From the human T2T-CHM13v2.0 reference genome, Homo sapiens, in assembly GCA_009914755.4 (NCBI GenBank), contig CP086569.2:5408001-5472000 (forward strand): a stretch of 64,000 nt of DNA, given 5' to 3'. The notes under the pieces are model-generated. The model did no database searches and was not told where the DNA came from. It saw only the letters and a list, made by a program, of their open reading frames with translations. Each line of letters starts with the position of its first letter. Position 1 is the first letter of the stretch. Both the position numbers and the translations under genes were made by a program. This document shows positions 25,771-40,249 of the stretch, in pieces.

Positions 25771-26631
25771 ATTCAGCTGATAATAGTACCTTGCAACCTC
25801 TAATACTGAATTCATTTATCAGATTTAGGAATCTTCTGGCAGAATCTTTAGAGATTTCTAGGCATAAAGTCATATTATCAGCCAACAGAAGTAGGTTGAC
25901 TTCCTACATTTTTTTGTCAGTTTGGATGTTCTTTATTTCTTTCTCTTGCCTGATTGCTCTGGGTAGGACTTTCAGTACTATGTTGAATAGAAGTGCTGAA
26001 AGTGGGCATCTTTGTCTTGTTCCAGTTCTGAAGGTAAATGCTTTCACCTTTTCCACGTCAAGTATGATGATGGCTGTGTGTTTGTCATATATGGACTTTA
26101 TCATTTTATTGTATTATTTTACTTAATTATTTTAATATTTTGAGGTATGTTATTTCTATGTGTAGTTTGTTGAGGGATAAAGAGATGCTAGATTTTATCA
26201 AATGCTTTTTCTGGAACTATTGAGATGATCATATGATTTTTGTTTTTAATTCTGTTTATGTGATGAATCATATTTATTGACGTGCATATGTTAAAACATC
26301 CCTTCGTCCCTGAAAGGAAATCCACTTGTTCCTGGCAAATTATTTTTTGACATGCTGTTGAATTTCATTTGCTAGCATTTTCTTGAGGTTTTTTGCGTCT
26401 ATGTTAACCAGGAATGTTTTCTGTAGCTTTGTTTTCCTTCCTTTGTTGTCATTTTCTGATTTTAAGATTAGGGTAATACTGGTTCCTAAAAAGCAGTTAA
26501 GGAGGAGTTCCTCCATCTCAATATTTTGAAATAATATCAGTAGCATTGGTAATAATTCTTCTTTAAGTGTCTAGTAAAATTTAGTTCTGAATGCATTTAG
26601 CCCTGGGATTCTTTTGTTGTTGGCAGTTTCT

Positions 26632-26662
26632 GTTTGTTTGTTTGTTTGTTTGTTTGTTTTAT
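26632..26662. repeat. (TTTG)n microsatellite
   Basis: 'gtttgtttgtttgtttgtttgtttgtttt'. Confidence 0.8.
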
Positions 26663-27359
26663 TACTGTTTCAATCTCAATGCTTGTTACTGGCTTCTTCA
26701 GAATTTCTGTTTCTTCCTAAGTTAAGCTAGGGTGAATTATGTGTTTTCAGAAATCTAACGATTAGCTCTGGATTTTCTAGTTTGTTTGCATAGAGGTGCT
26801 CATAGCAGTTCGAATGATCTTTTGTATTTATGTAGTGACATTGTAATGTCTTTATTTTCATTTCTTATTCAGCTTATTTGAATATTCTCTTTTTTTCTTA
26901 GTTAATATACCTAGTAATTTGTCAATTTTGTTCATCTTTTCCAAGAACCAGCTTTTGTTCTATTGATCTTTTGCATATTTTGCTTCAATTTTATTTAGTT
27001 GTGCTCTGATATGTGTTTTTTCTTTTCTTCTACAAGTTTTGAGTTCGATTTGTTTTTGTTTCTCTAGTTCCTTGAGATGTGAGATGAGGTTGTCGAATTG
27101 TTATCTTTCAGACTTTCTGATGTAGGCATTTAGCAATATAAACATTCCTCTTAGCACTGCTTTTGCTATATCTCAGAGGTTTTGATAACTGTGTCAGTTA
27201 TATAACTCATTTTGAATAGTTTTAAAAATTTGCATCTTAATTTCATTTTTAATTCAATAATCATTTAGGAGCAGATTGTTTAATTTTTATGTATTTGTAT
27301 AGTTTTGAGTGTTTCTTTTGCAATTGATTTCTAGTTTTATTTTGCTGTGATTTAAGATA

Positions 27360-30100
27360 CTTATCGCTTTAATACATAGTGCTGGGATAACTGGCTAGCC
27401 ACATGCAGAAGATTAAAACTGAACTCCTTCCTTACACCATATATAAAAACTAACTCAAGATACATTAAAGACTCAAATGTAAAACCCAAAACTACAAAAT
27501 CCCTGTAAGACAATGTAGGCAATACCATTCAGTTCATAGGCAGGGACAAAGATGTTATGACGAAGATTCTAAAAGCAATTGCAACAAAAGCAAAAATTGT
27601 CAAATGGAGTATGATTAAATTAAAGAGCTTCTGCACAGCAAAATAAACTACCAACAGACTAAACAGACATCCTACAGAATGGGATAACATTTTTTCAAAC
27701 TGTCCATCCTACAAAGGTCTAATATCCAGTGTCTAAACTTAAGCAAATGCACAGGTAAAAAACAACCTCATAAAAAGTGGGCAATGGACAAGAACAGAAA
27801 ATTTTCCAAAGAAGACATACATGCAGGCAACAATCATATGAGAAAAAGCACAACATCACTGATTATTAGAGAAATGCAAATCAAAATCACAATGAGATAC
27901 CATCTCACAGCAGTGAGAACGACTATTATTAAAAAGTCAAAAATAACAGATGCTGGCAAGGTTGTGGATAGAAAGAAATGCTCACACACTGTTGATGGGA
28001 GGGTAAATTAGTTTAACCATTGTGGAAGACAGTGACAATTTCTCAAAGACCTAAAGACAGAAATACCTTGTGACCCAGTAATCCCATTACTGGATACATA
28101 CCCAAAGGAATATCAATCATTCTCTTATAAAGACATGCATGTGTATGTTCATTACAGCACTATTCATAATAGCAAAGACATGAAATCAACCTAAATGTCC
28201 ACCAATGGTAGACTAGATAAAATGATGCATATACCTTATGAAATACTATGCAGCCATAAAAATGAATGAAACCATGTCCAAGATAACAGCTGGAGGCCAT
28301 TATCCTTAGAAAACTAACACAAGAACAGAAAATCAAATACAGGATGTTCTCACAAGTGGGAGCTCAATGATGAGAATACATGGACATGTAGAGGGAAACA
28401 ACACACACTAGGGCCTATCAAAAAGTGGAGGTTGGGAAGAGGGAGAAGATCAGGAAAAATAATAATTAATGGTGATATGGTTTGGCTGTGTCACCACCCA
28501 AATCTCATCTTGAATTCCCATGTGTGGTGGGAGAGACCCAGTGGGAGGTAAATGAATCATGGGGGCAGGTCTTTCCTGTGCTGTTCTGGTGATAGTGAAT
28601 AAGTCTCACAAGATCTGATGAGTGTACAAGGGGAAGTTTCCCTGCACAAGCTCTCTTCTCTCTGCCGCCATGTGAGAATGCGCCTTTCACCTTCAGCCAT
28701 GATTGTGAGGCCTCCTCGGACACGTGGAAATGTAAGTCCATTAAACCTCTTTCTTTTGTAAATTGCCCAGTCTCACCTAGGTCTTTATGAGCAGCATGAA
28801 AACAGACTAATATGGTAAATTGTGTGGTACCACTAGAGTAAGGCACTGCTGAAAAGTTACCCGAAAATGTGGAAGGGACTTTGGAACTGTGTAACAGGAA
28901 TGGGCTGGAACAGTTTGGAGGGCTCAGAAGAAGACAGAAAAATGTGGGAAAATTTGAACTTCTTAGAGACTTGGTGAATGGCTTTGACCAAAATGCTGAT
29001 AATGATATGGACAATAAACTCCATGCTGAGGTGATCTCAGATGGAAATGAGGAACTTGTTGGGAACTGGAGCAATGATGACTCTTGTTATGTTTTAGCAA
29101 AGAGACTAGTGGTATTTGCCCCTGCCCTAGGGTTTTGTAGAGCTTTTAACTTGAGAGAGATGATTCAGGGTATCTGGTGGAAGAAATTTCTAAGCATCAA
29201 AACATTCAAGGGGTGACCTGGGTGCTGTCAAAGGCATTCAGTTTTAAAAGGGAAACAGAGCATAAAAGTATAGAAAATTTGCACCCCGACAATGGAAAAG
29301 AAAAGAAAATCCAATTTTCTGAGGAGAAATTCAAGCTGGCTGCAGCAATTTGCATATGTAAGAAGTAGCCTAAGGTTAATCCCTAAGAAAATGGAGAAAA
29401 TGTCTCCAGGGCATTTCAGAGGGCTTCACAAAGACCCTCTCATCATAGACCTGGAGGCCTAGGAGGAACAAGTGGTTTCATGGGCCAGACCCAGAGTCCC
29501 TGTGCTGTGTGCAGCCTAGGGAATTGGTGCTCTGTGTCCCATTCACTCCAGCTGTGGCTGAAAGGGGCCAACATAGGGCTTTCACTGTGGCTGCACAGGG
29601 TGCAAGCCTCAAGCATTGGCAGCTTCCATGTGGTGTTGAGCCTGCCAGTGCACAGAAGTCAAGAACTGGGGTTTGGGAACCACCACCTACATTTCAGATA
29701 TATGGAAACACCTTGGAGATCTGAAGAGTATATAAGGGGGAGTTTCTTTTCTCTTTTCTTGCTCTCTTTTCTTGTCTGCCTCTATGTTAGAAGTGCCTTT
29801 CAACTTCTGCCATGATTGTGAGGCCTCTCCAGCCACGTTGAACTCTAAGTCCATTAAGCCTCTTTCTTTTGTAAATCGCCCAGTCTTGGGTAGGTCTTTA
29901 CCATCAGTGTGAAAATGGACTAATAAAAATGGGTACTAGGTTTAATACCTGGGTGATGAAATGATCTGTACAACAAACCCCCATGACACATTTACCTATG
30001 TAACAAACCTGAACGTGTATCCCTGAACTAAAAGTAAATCTTTAAAACAATATTCTTTTCCCTTATAATTTTGAAATAAAAATAGAATATTTCTATAAAA
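27360..30100 (+). mobile_element. 5'-truncated LINE-1 3' fragment (L1PA/PB-like ORF2 C-terminus + 3'UTR), sense. Inserted into the minus-strand L1M and itself split by the THE1-type element at 28473-29927.
   Basis: 'ctgggataactggctagccacatgcagaagattaaaactg' (ORF2 WLA.CR.LKL). ORF 27784..28011(+) '[36 protein letters not shown]' is the ORF2 C-term. The 3' end 'tacctgggtgatgaaatgatctgtacaacaaacccccatgacacatttacctatgtaacaaacctgaacgtgtatccctgaactaaaagtaaa' is followed by an A-rich tail. Confidence 0.8.
28473..29927 (+). mobile_element. THE1/MST-type MaLR element, internally deleted. 5' LTR 28473-~28812, internal region ~28812-~29740, partial 3' LTR ~29740-29927.
   Basis: LTR start 'tgatatggtttggctgtgtcaccacccaaatctcatcttgaattcccatgtgtggtgggagagacccagtgggaggtaaatgaatcatggggg'. 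Internal 'tatctggtggaagaaatttctaagcatcaaaacattcaaggggtgacctgggtgctgtcaaaggcattcagttttaaaagggaaacagagcat'. The 3' LTR ends 'ccatgattgtgaggcctctccagccacgttgaactctaagtccattaagcctctttcttttgtaaatcgcccagtcttgggtaggtctttaccatcagtgtgaaaatggactaat'. Flanked by 'aatgg' on both sides, a candidate 5-bp TSD. Confidence 0.8.
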
Positions 30101-33100
30101 AATTTTGATTTTGAAGAATTTATTGAGGCTTGTTGTGTGTCCTTTAATATGGTTTGTCTTGGAGAATGTTCTGTGTGCTGATGAGAAAAATGTATATTCT
30201 ACAGTACTTGAATATAATGATCTGTAAATGTTTGTTATAGCCAGTTGTTCTAGAGTACAGGTTAAGTCCAATGTTTCTTTGTTGACTTTCTGCCTTAATT
30301 ATCAACCTCATGCAGTCAATGGAGTGCTGAAGTCCCCCACTGTGATTGTGTTGTGGTCTCTTTACTCAGGTCTAGTAGTAATTGTTTTATGAATCTGATA
30401 GCTCAGAGATTAAGTGTATATATATTTATAATTGTGATATCTACTTATCAAGTTGATCCTTTCTTCATTATATAATGATCATCTTTGTCTTTTTTTTTTA
30501 ACTGTTGTTGCTTTGAAGTCTGTTTTATCTTACAAAAGAACAGCTATTCCTGCTTATTTTTGGTTTCAATTTGTGTGAAATATCTTTCTCCACCCCTTTG
30601 CCTTGAGTATATAAAAATCCTTATGTCTTAGGTACATTTCCTGAAGAAAGCAGATATTTGGTTTACGTATTTTCAGCTAGTCTATCTGTATTTTTTTAAT
30701 GAAATATTTAGACCATTTAAATTCTACATAAATACTGAGCTCAGAGGTTCCATGCCAGTCATCATGTTGATTTTTACCTAGTAACTTCGTTTTCTTCATT
30801 GTGGTATTGTTTTAAGACTGGTAGTTTTTATGCTTTCAGGAGTTTTTATTCTGGTGTGTATTGACCTTTTATTTGAAGATGTAGAACTCCTTTTAGAATT
30901 TATTGTAAAACTGATATAACATTGACAAATTTCCTCAGTATTTGCTTGTCTGAGAAAAACTTTATTTCATCTTCATTTATAAAATAGTTTTGCTGGATAC
31001 AAAATTCTTGGCTTACAGTTATTCAGTTTAAGGAGATTAAAGACAGGACTACAATCACTTCTGGCTTGTAAGGTTTCTGCTGAGAAGTCTGCAGTTAGTC
31101 TGATAGTTTTCCTTTTAGGTTACCTGGCGTTTTTGTCTCATTGCTCTTAGAATTCTTTCTTTCACATGGATTTTAGATAGCCTGATAACTGATAAGATAG
31201 CTTGTGATGCCCTTTTCTCAATAAGTCTCACAGGAGTTTAAGCTTCTTATATTTGTGTGTCTAAAAACTCTAGGGAGACGAGGAAAGTTTGTCTTAATTA
31301 TTTCCTCAAATAGGTTTGTCAAACATTTTGCTTTTTCTTTTCCCTAAGAACACCTATAATTCTTAGATTTGGGCATTTTACATAATCCCATTTTTCTTGC
31401 AGATGTTGTTAATTTCTTTTAATTCTTTTTAAAAATTTTTTTGTCTGTTTGCATTAATTTGAATGCCTTGTCTTTGATCTCTGAAATTTCTTCTTCTACT
31501 TGTTCTAGTTGAATGTTAAAACTTTCCATTGCAGTTTGTATTTCCCTAATTGTTTCTTCTATTTCCAGAAGGTCTGATTGGTTTTTCTTCAAAGTAGCTA
31601 TCTCTTTAGAAAATTTTTTATTTGGATCCTGAATTAAAAAAAAAAATTCTTTAAGTTGGTTTTAACCTTTCTCTTCTGTCCTCAAGTAAGTTAGTAACCA
31701 AACTTTTGAATTTTTATCTGGTATTCCAAATATTTTATTTTGATTTGGATCTACTGCTGGAGAGTTATTTGGGGAGAAGGAATTATATAGGATCTTGTTT
31801 TTTCATATTGCTAGAAATACTTATTTGGTTCCTTCTCATTTGGGTAAACCTTTTCTTTTCATTATTTTGAATTTATTTTTTATTCAACTAGGTTTTCTAT
31901 TTTTTTCCCCTTGAGGATGTGACATTAATGTTTATAGTTTATTGTCACCTAGTTTTGACTCTGGGTGATTTCATTGGAGAAGTCTCAATTTGAGTTCCTT
32001 AGTTATAGACAAATTTTGTGTCATGTCTTCTCTGACGCTGGTTGTGTTAGTGTTATGCTGGGTGTACGAGAAGGTTCACTGTCTCCTGTTTGGCTGAAGT
32101 GGCAGAGGCCTCATGAAGCTTATCTTGTTTCCCAGTGGTGTGCATTTTTAACCTTTTTCCCCAATATTTTTTTCACTGGGTTGGACAGTTCAGAACTCAG
32201 GCCAGTAGGAGTTGCCCAAGGATAAAACTCAGCAGTGGCTAAAGCAGGTGAGTAAATGCAAATACCCCAATGGTGGGAAGAGGTCCCAGCTTTTAGAGAT
32301 GTTGCTATGAAAATTCTCAGTAAAATGCAATGTGGTATTTTAAGGGGGAAGAGAGGAAGCTACCGCAGCTCTTCTTCCAGGCCTCAGAAAAACAATTTGC
32401 CTCTCAATTACATTCCTGATCAGTGTTCTGGCTATTCAGATAAGGCAGGCACCTCTATTCATCTATAGGAAGGCTGCTGTTCCATGAAGATAGAGATTTT
32501 GCCTTTACCTATAGTGCAAGCTGAACCTGTAAGGCACATTTCCTTTGGGGATGCAGTCACCCTGAAGTGATCCAGAAAGGCTGCCTGCAGATGGGCCCAT
32601 GACAATTTCCCATGGTAGACACCTGAGTTGTAACTGCAGTGGTGGGTAAGGGGGAGAATAAGTCTCCTCCTCCCAGATCCTACACAAGAATGATGGGTGC
32701 TTAACTGTTGGAACCAAACCACAGTCTTTTCCCACTGAGCCCAGCATTGCACTTGTGCCTCCACTGAAGAAAACTTCCCACACATGGAAAATTCAGAGAT
32801 GCAAAGCCTTTGGTCTGGTTTCTTTTATCCAATTGGGTGCTCCCTTAATGTGGTATTCTCCCCATTCACTAGGATTAGCAGTCCCTGAGTGCAAGACTAC
32901 TGTGAATCCTGTTGCTTCTCTGGGCCTAGCTACCCAGTTGGGCTGCCACACTCTAGGCCAGTGCTGAGAAATGTCTGCAAGGGATCTGGTGATGTGACCT
33001 GTCCTCAAGTCTCCCAGCAGTGTTTACAAGCACCCTCTCTGATGCAGGTTGGAGGTGAATGATGTAGACTCTCAGATTTCCTTAATTATAAATAGCCTTA

Positions 33101-35249
33101 GCATGCTGGCTTTCTCAAATGCCAGCAGTAGTAGTATTCACATGCAGACTCAAGATCTCTTGTTCATCAGGGTGATGCAGGCATTGGAAATAGCTGAGGT
33201 TATGCAAATGTCTTCTTCTTGAGTGCTGTGTTACTGTGCCTGCAGATGTAATGGGCTTTGCTGGTTGGCCTCTAGCCAGGAGGTGGCAGGTGCAAAAGAG
33301 GACCACCTACACCGAGAACAGTAGAATGTGTTCTTGCTTCATGTTACCCACGGGAGGTACTCTGGTGCCTCAGGCAATAAGCAGGGCAATGGATATCCCA
33401 AATATCCCCGTCCATCATGTTACACTACCAGGGTGGTGAAGGGACAAAGCTGGGTTGGGGGTGTGTCAGGCAGGGCTGTCCTCTGGCTCCCAACGTGCAG
33501 CCACAAGCAGTTGTCCTAATGGAGATTAGATGGCAGTTCCCTGGCTGCTGGAGTAATGTTCCAGGGAGGAGCACAACTACCTCTGTTGCACGGAAGAATC
33601 TGCACTAAGAGCAGGGTACAGCAGGTGGCAGTAAGCCCCACTCAGCTACTACACACTTGGCAGGGCAGTTCTCATATCCAGAGTTATGCCAACAACAGCT
33701 ATCTGGATTCCAGGTAGCCTGAGCTCAGAACTCAAAACTGCCCCAGGCCATAAGCCTTTTCCCAGGAAGACTGAAACTGTGGCTTCAGGCCATGCCGCTC
33801 TCTATATGCCCATGAAGCAGTGACACCCAGGGTCACGGAACTCCTGCACCTATGGCTGTAGCACACTTCCTGCTCTCCCCTCGGTTCTGGCCAATGGTAT
33901 TCATCCCCACTCAAGATTACATCGCAAATCTCTTGTTGGGAGTGTCTCTGGACTGCAGCCTGAGCTAGCTGGCAGACTTCCATGAGGTCCCCTGAGAGGT
34001 AGGAACAGAAATGGCTTCTCTCCATCCTCACTGGATTCTAAGAGTGCAAACAAAGCATGCTGCTTCTCATATATTCTCCACTGTTCACTAAATCAGTTCC
34101 AGTGTGGGATAGAGTTATGGCCTTCCCGCATGGCCAGGATTGCCCAGCTACTTTGTGGGAGTGTATGTCATAGCAGCAGTGTCTCCATATTTCATGCAGT
34201 GGAGACTCACGGTTTTCCTTCTGGTTCATATTGTAGGCTGCTGCCTGCTGCTTCTTTCAAAGAGTCTGTGGTTTTGTTCAGTTTTTCTGTTAATTTCTTG
34301 TGTTGCTTCTTGGAAAAAATTTCAAAACATGAACCTGTACACACTATTTTGTTTTACAAGTGAGAGAGGCATGCTAACAATACTGCTAATCTGACCCCTT
34401 GGGGATGAAAAACCCTATCTTTGCTGTTTTATTTGATTCTTCAATCAATTTACAATCATTGATTTTATTGATCTAATTCGGTTTATATCTGGCATTTAAC
34501 TTGATGTTTTCTATATGTTTCATCTTTTTTTTGTGGCTCTGTTCTTTTTTTTACTACATTGTTTGGCATTCAGTAAATATTGTCTGTTGTAACATTTTAG
34601 TTCCTTTAATGATTTTTTCAATACATTTTTGAGTATTTTTAGTAGTTCCTCTAGAGTTTACTATACATCCTAACTTATGAAAATCTACTTCAAATTTATA
34701 CAAAATAAGTTAAAAATAGAAATAGAAATGTTATTCCTATAGAACTCTATTATTTTCCCCACATTTTGTACTATTATTGTTACTACATCTATGTTATAAA
34801 TCCAAAAATACATTGTTACAATTTTTACTTTATATGATTTTATGTCTTTTAAAGAAGAGAGACGAGAATAGAATACATCTTTAAAGAGTTCACTATATCA
34901 ACTTTCTTATCAAAATTTCTGCTTCCTTTCATTTGTTCCTGTGGGTGTGAGCTACCACCTTGGTGTTCTCCCCTTAATTCAATGCAACTTTGCTCCTACT
35001 CACCTGCTTTGTGCTGCTATTGGAAAATATGTTGAATTTCTACATATTGTAGAACAATAATTTATATACATTTTTATGCAATTGTTTTTTAAAACTATTA
35101 AGAAAAGAAGAAATATGCTATTATACTTTCTTTTACAATATGTACATAGTTACCTTTACCAGCACTCTATATGCTTTAAAATTAATTCGCATTTCTTCCT
35201 GGAGTCACTTGCTTGCAGACTGAAGAATTTCTTTAAGTATTTTTTTTAG

Positions 35250-35586
<337 letters not shown>

Positions 35587-35589
35587 TAG

Positions 35590-36350
35590 TTTCTGTTTAT
35601 CTGGGAATATTGTTACTTTGCCATTATTTTCATAATATAGTTTTGCTAAGATTTAAAATTCCTGGTTGATAGCATTTTTTTAGCACTATAAATAAATCAT
35701 TCCACTTCATTGTTTACAGTGAGTATTCAGCTGTTAATCTTTTTGGGGTTCCCCTATACATGATGAGTTTTCTTTTGCTGCTTTCAAGATTTTCTCTTTG
35801 CATAGGGCTTTCAACAGTTTCGCTATTATGTGTGTGGGTGTGAATCTTTGGGATACACCATTCAGAAGAAAATGTTACCTTGCAACATTTAATTGAATGT
35901 TCACCAGATTGTTTTCCATCAAATTTGGGAAGTAAGCCTCAACTTCCCATTTGATTCCTTTATTGGGTTTAACAATACTCAAAGGCATAAATTGCTCCAC
36001 TGATTGATTAAATTACATGCTGTTCCCTTTACAGGTATAGTTTTTGAGGATGGTCTTTGACGTTTCTTATAATCCCAGGAAGTGTCTTATTAGCTACCAT
36101 TTTCTCTGGTTGTCTGGTAAAGTTCTACATGGTCTACAGTTTGTCTTGTTGCTCTCATGGAGCCAAAAGTTTCCTCTTAATTGCTTATGACCAAACTTTC
36201 CATTACCTTAACTTACCCTTAGGCTTGAACTTCTACACAGTCTGTTCTAAATATAGTCTTATAACTTTGGATGAGCTTCACAGTTTTCTGTTCTTACAAC
36301 CTGCCTCCTTCCCTGTGTACAATTTTTGAGCCACTTCTCCAGAACTTGCT
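35590..36350 (-). mobile_element. LINE-1 fragment (5' ORF2/ORF1-proximal region), antisense
   Basis: 'gctgctttcaagattttctctttgcatagggctttcaacagtttcgctattatgtgtgtgggtgtgaatctttgggat' parallels the antisense L1 segments at 4300-4560 and 30940-31250 of this window ('gcttttaagattttctctttgtc...gatgtgtctaggtgtgg'). The right boundary is uncertain. Confidence 0.5.
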
Positions 36351-36999
36351 ATGATGACAGTGACTCATTACTACCATAGAGGCACACCTGCTTTCTGACC
36401 AAGGTGGTAGGTGGTAGCTTCTGATTATCTCAGTTTGCCTTCTTTAGTGTGAAATCCTCACTTTAGGAGTAATTTGAAGTGAAGACAAATGGACCCCGGT
36501 ATCCTTCATCTTCCACACCTGGAGAAGAGCTTATATCTTATGAGTGGTGACTGGATAGTAGAAGAGAGCCTCAGAACTTTTAGATGCTATTGTTTGGAAT
36601 AGAGCATCTGTATGTAACACAGAGCTGAGAGAAAAAGAAATGGTGGTGGGCTCCTCATCCCTGGAATACACTGTAACTCTAGACTGGAAGTTGAGGGAGA
36701 GAGAACCCTGAGTTCTTGGGCGACCCCACCATAAGTATGCCTCCTGTTATTATAAGCTGGAATTGAGGTGAGGGAGTGGGTTATAGTTCAAATGCCACAA
36801 GCATGGTCTGTTCTTGCCAAGATTTAGTAAATTTTCTTGAAAAAAAATTTTTGTTTTCAAACTTACAGTATGCCTCTAGAATAATTTTCAGACACTTTAA
36901 ATATTTGTTATTAAATAATTTATACCAGTTATGGTTCTTGTTTTGGGGAAAACTTCTCACACTACTGTTTTGGAACTAAATTCTCTAAAATTTGTTTTT

Positions 37000-38850
37000 A
37001 AAATTTGAAGAAATGGCAAGTGAAAACAAAAGTTAATTCTTGAAAAATAAGAATGAAATAGGAAACTCTGAAGAGTAAGATAAGAAAAACAGTTAAAAAC
37101 ATGTCAAATAAGGGATGAGAAAGACAATATACTCACAGATTTTGAAGTTACTGAAACATTTTAAATGTGGAACATTATTCAAGAAATTTTGAAATCTGGA
37201 GGAAATTATTTTATTTCAAATATAAATTACCAAAATTGACTTTAAAATATTCTACACAAAGCTGAAGTAACTAAAAACAGCATAGTACTGATATAAAAAG
37301 AGACAAATACACCAATGGAACAGAATAGAGAATCTAGAAATAAATCCATGTGTTGACAGCCAACTGACTTTTCACAATGGCACCAAGAACATACATTATG
37401 GAAAGGACAATCTTTTTAATAAATGGTGCTAGGAAAACAAGAAATCCATACGCAGAAGAATGAAACTAGACTCCTGTCTCTCACCTCATACAAAAATCGA
37501 CTCAAAATGGATTAAAAAGCTGGGTGCAGTAGCATAAGCTTGTAGTCCCAGCTACTCAAGAGATTGAAGCAGGAGAATCACTTGAGCCTAGAAGCTTGAA
37601 GCTGTAGTGCTCTATGATTGTACTTGTGGCTGGCTAGTCACTGCACTGCATTCTGAGCAACAGAGTGTGACCCCATCTCTCATCTCTAAAAATATTTAAA
37701 AAATGGATTAAAGACTTAACATGAGAATCAAAACTATAAAACAACTAGGAGGACACATAGGTAAAATGCTTTAGGACACTGGTCTGGAAAAAAAAATGTC
37801 TGAATAAGACCTCAGAAGTACAAGCAACAAAAGGGAAAACTGACAAATGGGGTTACATCAAACTAAAACACTTCTGCACAGCAAAGGAAACAATCCACAG
37901 AGTGAAGGCAAAACCTGAAGAATAGAAAAAAATATATTTGCAAAATATTTATCTGACAAGAGATTAATATTCAGGATATAAACAGAACTCAACAGCAAAA
38001 AATACAAATAATTCAATTATGAAATACACAAATAATCAAATAGACATTTCTCAAATGAAGACATACAAATGACCAATAAGTATATTAAAGAATGTGCAAC
38101 ATTCTTAATTATCAGGAAATGCAAATCAAAACTGCAAGGAAAAATTATCTCGACACAGTTAGAATGGCTATTATCAAAGACAAAAACTAACAAATGCTGA
38201 TGATAATATGGAAAAACAGGAATGCTTTCATACTGTCAGTAGCAATGTAAAATAGTACACCCGACATGGAAAACAATATGGAGGTTCCTCAAAAAAACTA
38301 AAACTGGAACTACCATATTAACCAGCAATTCCGCTACTGAGTATGTATCCAAAGGAACAGATATCTGCACTCCCATGTTTATTGCAGCACTCTTCACAAT
38401 AGCCAAGATTTAGAATCAACCTAAGTGTCCATCAACAGATGAATGGGTAAATAAAATATGGTATATATAGACAATGAAATACTCTTCAGCCATAAGAATA
38501 AAATCCTTCATTTGTGGCAACATGGATGGAACTGGAGGACATTATGTTAAGTGAAATAAACCAGGCACAGAAAGATAAATACTGCATATTCTGTCTTATA
38601 CGTTGGAGGTAAAAAAAAGTTCTCACATTGAAGTAGAAAGTACAATAGTAGTTACTAGATGCTGGGACGGAAAAGAGCAGGAAATACGAAGATGTTGGTT
38701 AAGAAAATACAAGTTACAGGTAGATAGGAGGAATAAGTTCTAGAACTCTACAGCCCTGTAGGGTTACTATAATTAACTATAACTTATTGCATTTTGTAGG
38801 AGATCTGTCAGGGTAGTGGGAGAAATTGTAGGAAGGGCTTTGCAAAGCTT
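37000..38850 (+). mobile_element. Older LINE-1 (L1M-type) ORF2 C-terminal + 3' end, sense. Interrupted by a partial Alu at 37519-37714.
   Basis: 'ccaatggaacagaatagagaatctagaaataaatccatgtgttgacagccaactgacttttcacaatggcaccaagaacatacattatggaaaggacaatctttttaataaatggtgc' reads as L1 ORF2 (NRIESPEINP...[23 protein letters not shown]). Further 'gaaatgcaaatcaaaactgcaaggaaaaattatctcgacacagttagaatggctattatcaaagac' reads as ORF2 'EMQIKT...RMAIIK', and 'ttcacaatagccaagatttagaatcaacctaagtgtccatcaacagatgaatgg' as 'FTIAK.W.QP.CPSTDEW'. Confidence 0.75.
37519..37714 (+). mobile_element. 5'-truncated Alu (right-arm / monomer-like) nested in the L1M. Candidate TSD 'aaaatggattaaa'.
   Basis: 'gctgggtgcagtagcataagcttgtagtcccagctactcaagagattgaagcaggagaatcacttgagcctagaagcttgaagctgtagtg ... 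cactgcactgcattctgagcaacagagtgtgaccccatctc' plus an A-rich tail. The L1 sequence 'aaaatggattaaa' is repeated on both sides. Confidence 0.7.
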
Positions 38851-39162
38851 TGGGGAAGAATGAGCCGAAGGCCCTAGTTCTTATCCTGGGGCAAAGGGCA
38901 TGAAGTAGGTACAAAAGAATGCAGGGGAGTTTATCTGAATAGCTTATTTACTCATGACTCCAGAAACCTGGCCATTAATCATCCATGCACAATTACCCAC
39001 AAGTGTATTGACTCAAGGCCTTTGTCATTAAATATATACTGAATAAATGCCCACAGCACCAGCTGGTCAAGGCTGGGCTGCTGACTCTTTACAGCACCCT
39101 CCTTGGGGTCTGTAAGCAGCTGGGTCCCCTAGCCCTCTCTTTCACTGGGTATCTGTGTCTGA

Positions 39163-39533
<371 letters not shown>

Positions 39534-40249
39534 AATTTATTGTATATTTTTAAATAGCTAGAATAAAAGAATTGTCACATTCCCAACACAAGGAAACAGT
39601 AAATGTTTGAGGTGATGGAAATGCTAATTCCTCTGATGTAATCATTACACATTGTACGTATCAAAATATTACACTGCATCTCATAAATATGTACAATTAT
39701 GTGTTAATTAAAATTTTAAAAAATTAATGTGGATCTAAAATCTGGAAAAATTAATTTATTTCACTGCAAATATAATTACCAAAACTGACTGAGGAAATGG
39801 TAAAATATCTAGACGTTAAAGTAATCTCAGAAGACAGAGCAAAGGCAATTTAAATGCAATTTAAAACCAATTTCTTTAAAAAGAGATCAGGCTTAGATTA
39901 TTTTGCAATTCAATTGCATATAACAGTTTGGGCACATAAAACCATAAAACTCCTATTTTTTATTTAGATTTGGTTCATGTACAAAAAAACGCTGTACATA
40001 TTTTATATATACATCTTGGTGAGTTTGAAGATAAGTATATGCCTATAAAATTATCACCATAAACAATGCCATAAACTTAGTCAAAACCTATAAAAGTTTC
40101 CCCTCTTTTTTTGTGATAAGGATATTTAACATAAGATCTACTCTTTTCACCAATTTTTAATTACACAATACAGTATTGATGACTACATGTGCTATTCTGT
40201 ATAGCAAATCTCTAGGACTTATTCATATAGCCTAACTGAAAGTATGTAC

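Noticed and set aside
28505-29216. ORFs 28505..29074(-) 189 aa and 28869..29216(+) 115 aa, the longest minus ORF in the window
   Set aside because: Both lie entirely inside the THE1/MST-type LTR and internal region (28473-29927). MaLR internal sequence is non-coding, so these are chance open frames in a retroelement relic.
34130-34363. Shared antisense ORF in the two L1 5'UTRs (34130..34363(+) and 53656..53991(-), both containing 'ASFK.SVV.FSF.V.FLC.FLE')
   Set aside because: The similarity is fully explained by DNA-level homology of the two 5'UTR copies. Only the ~23-aa shared segment aligns. Therefore there is no evidence of selection on a protein (unlike primate L1PA ORF0).
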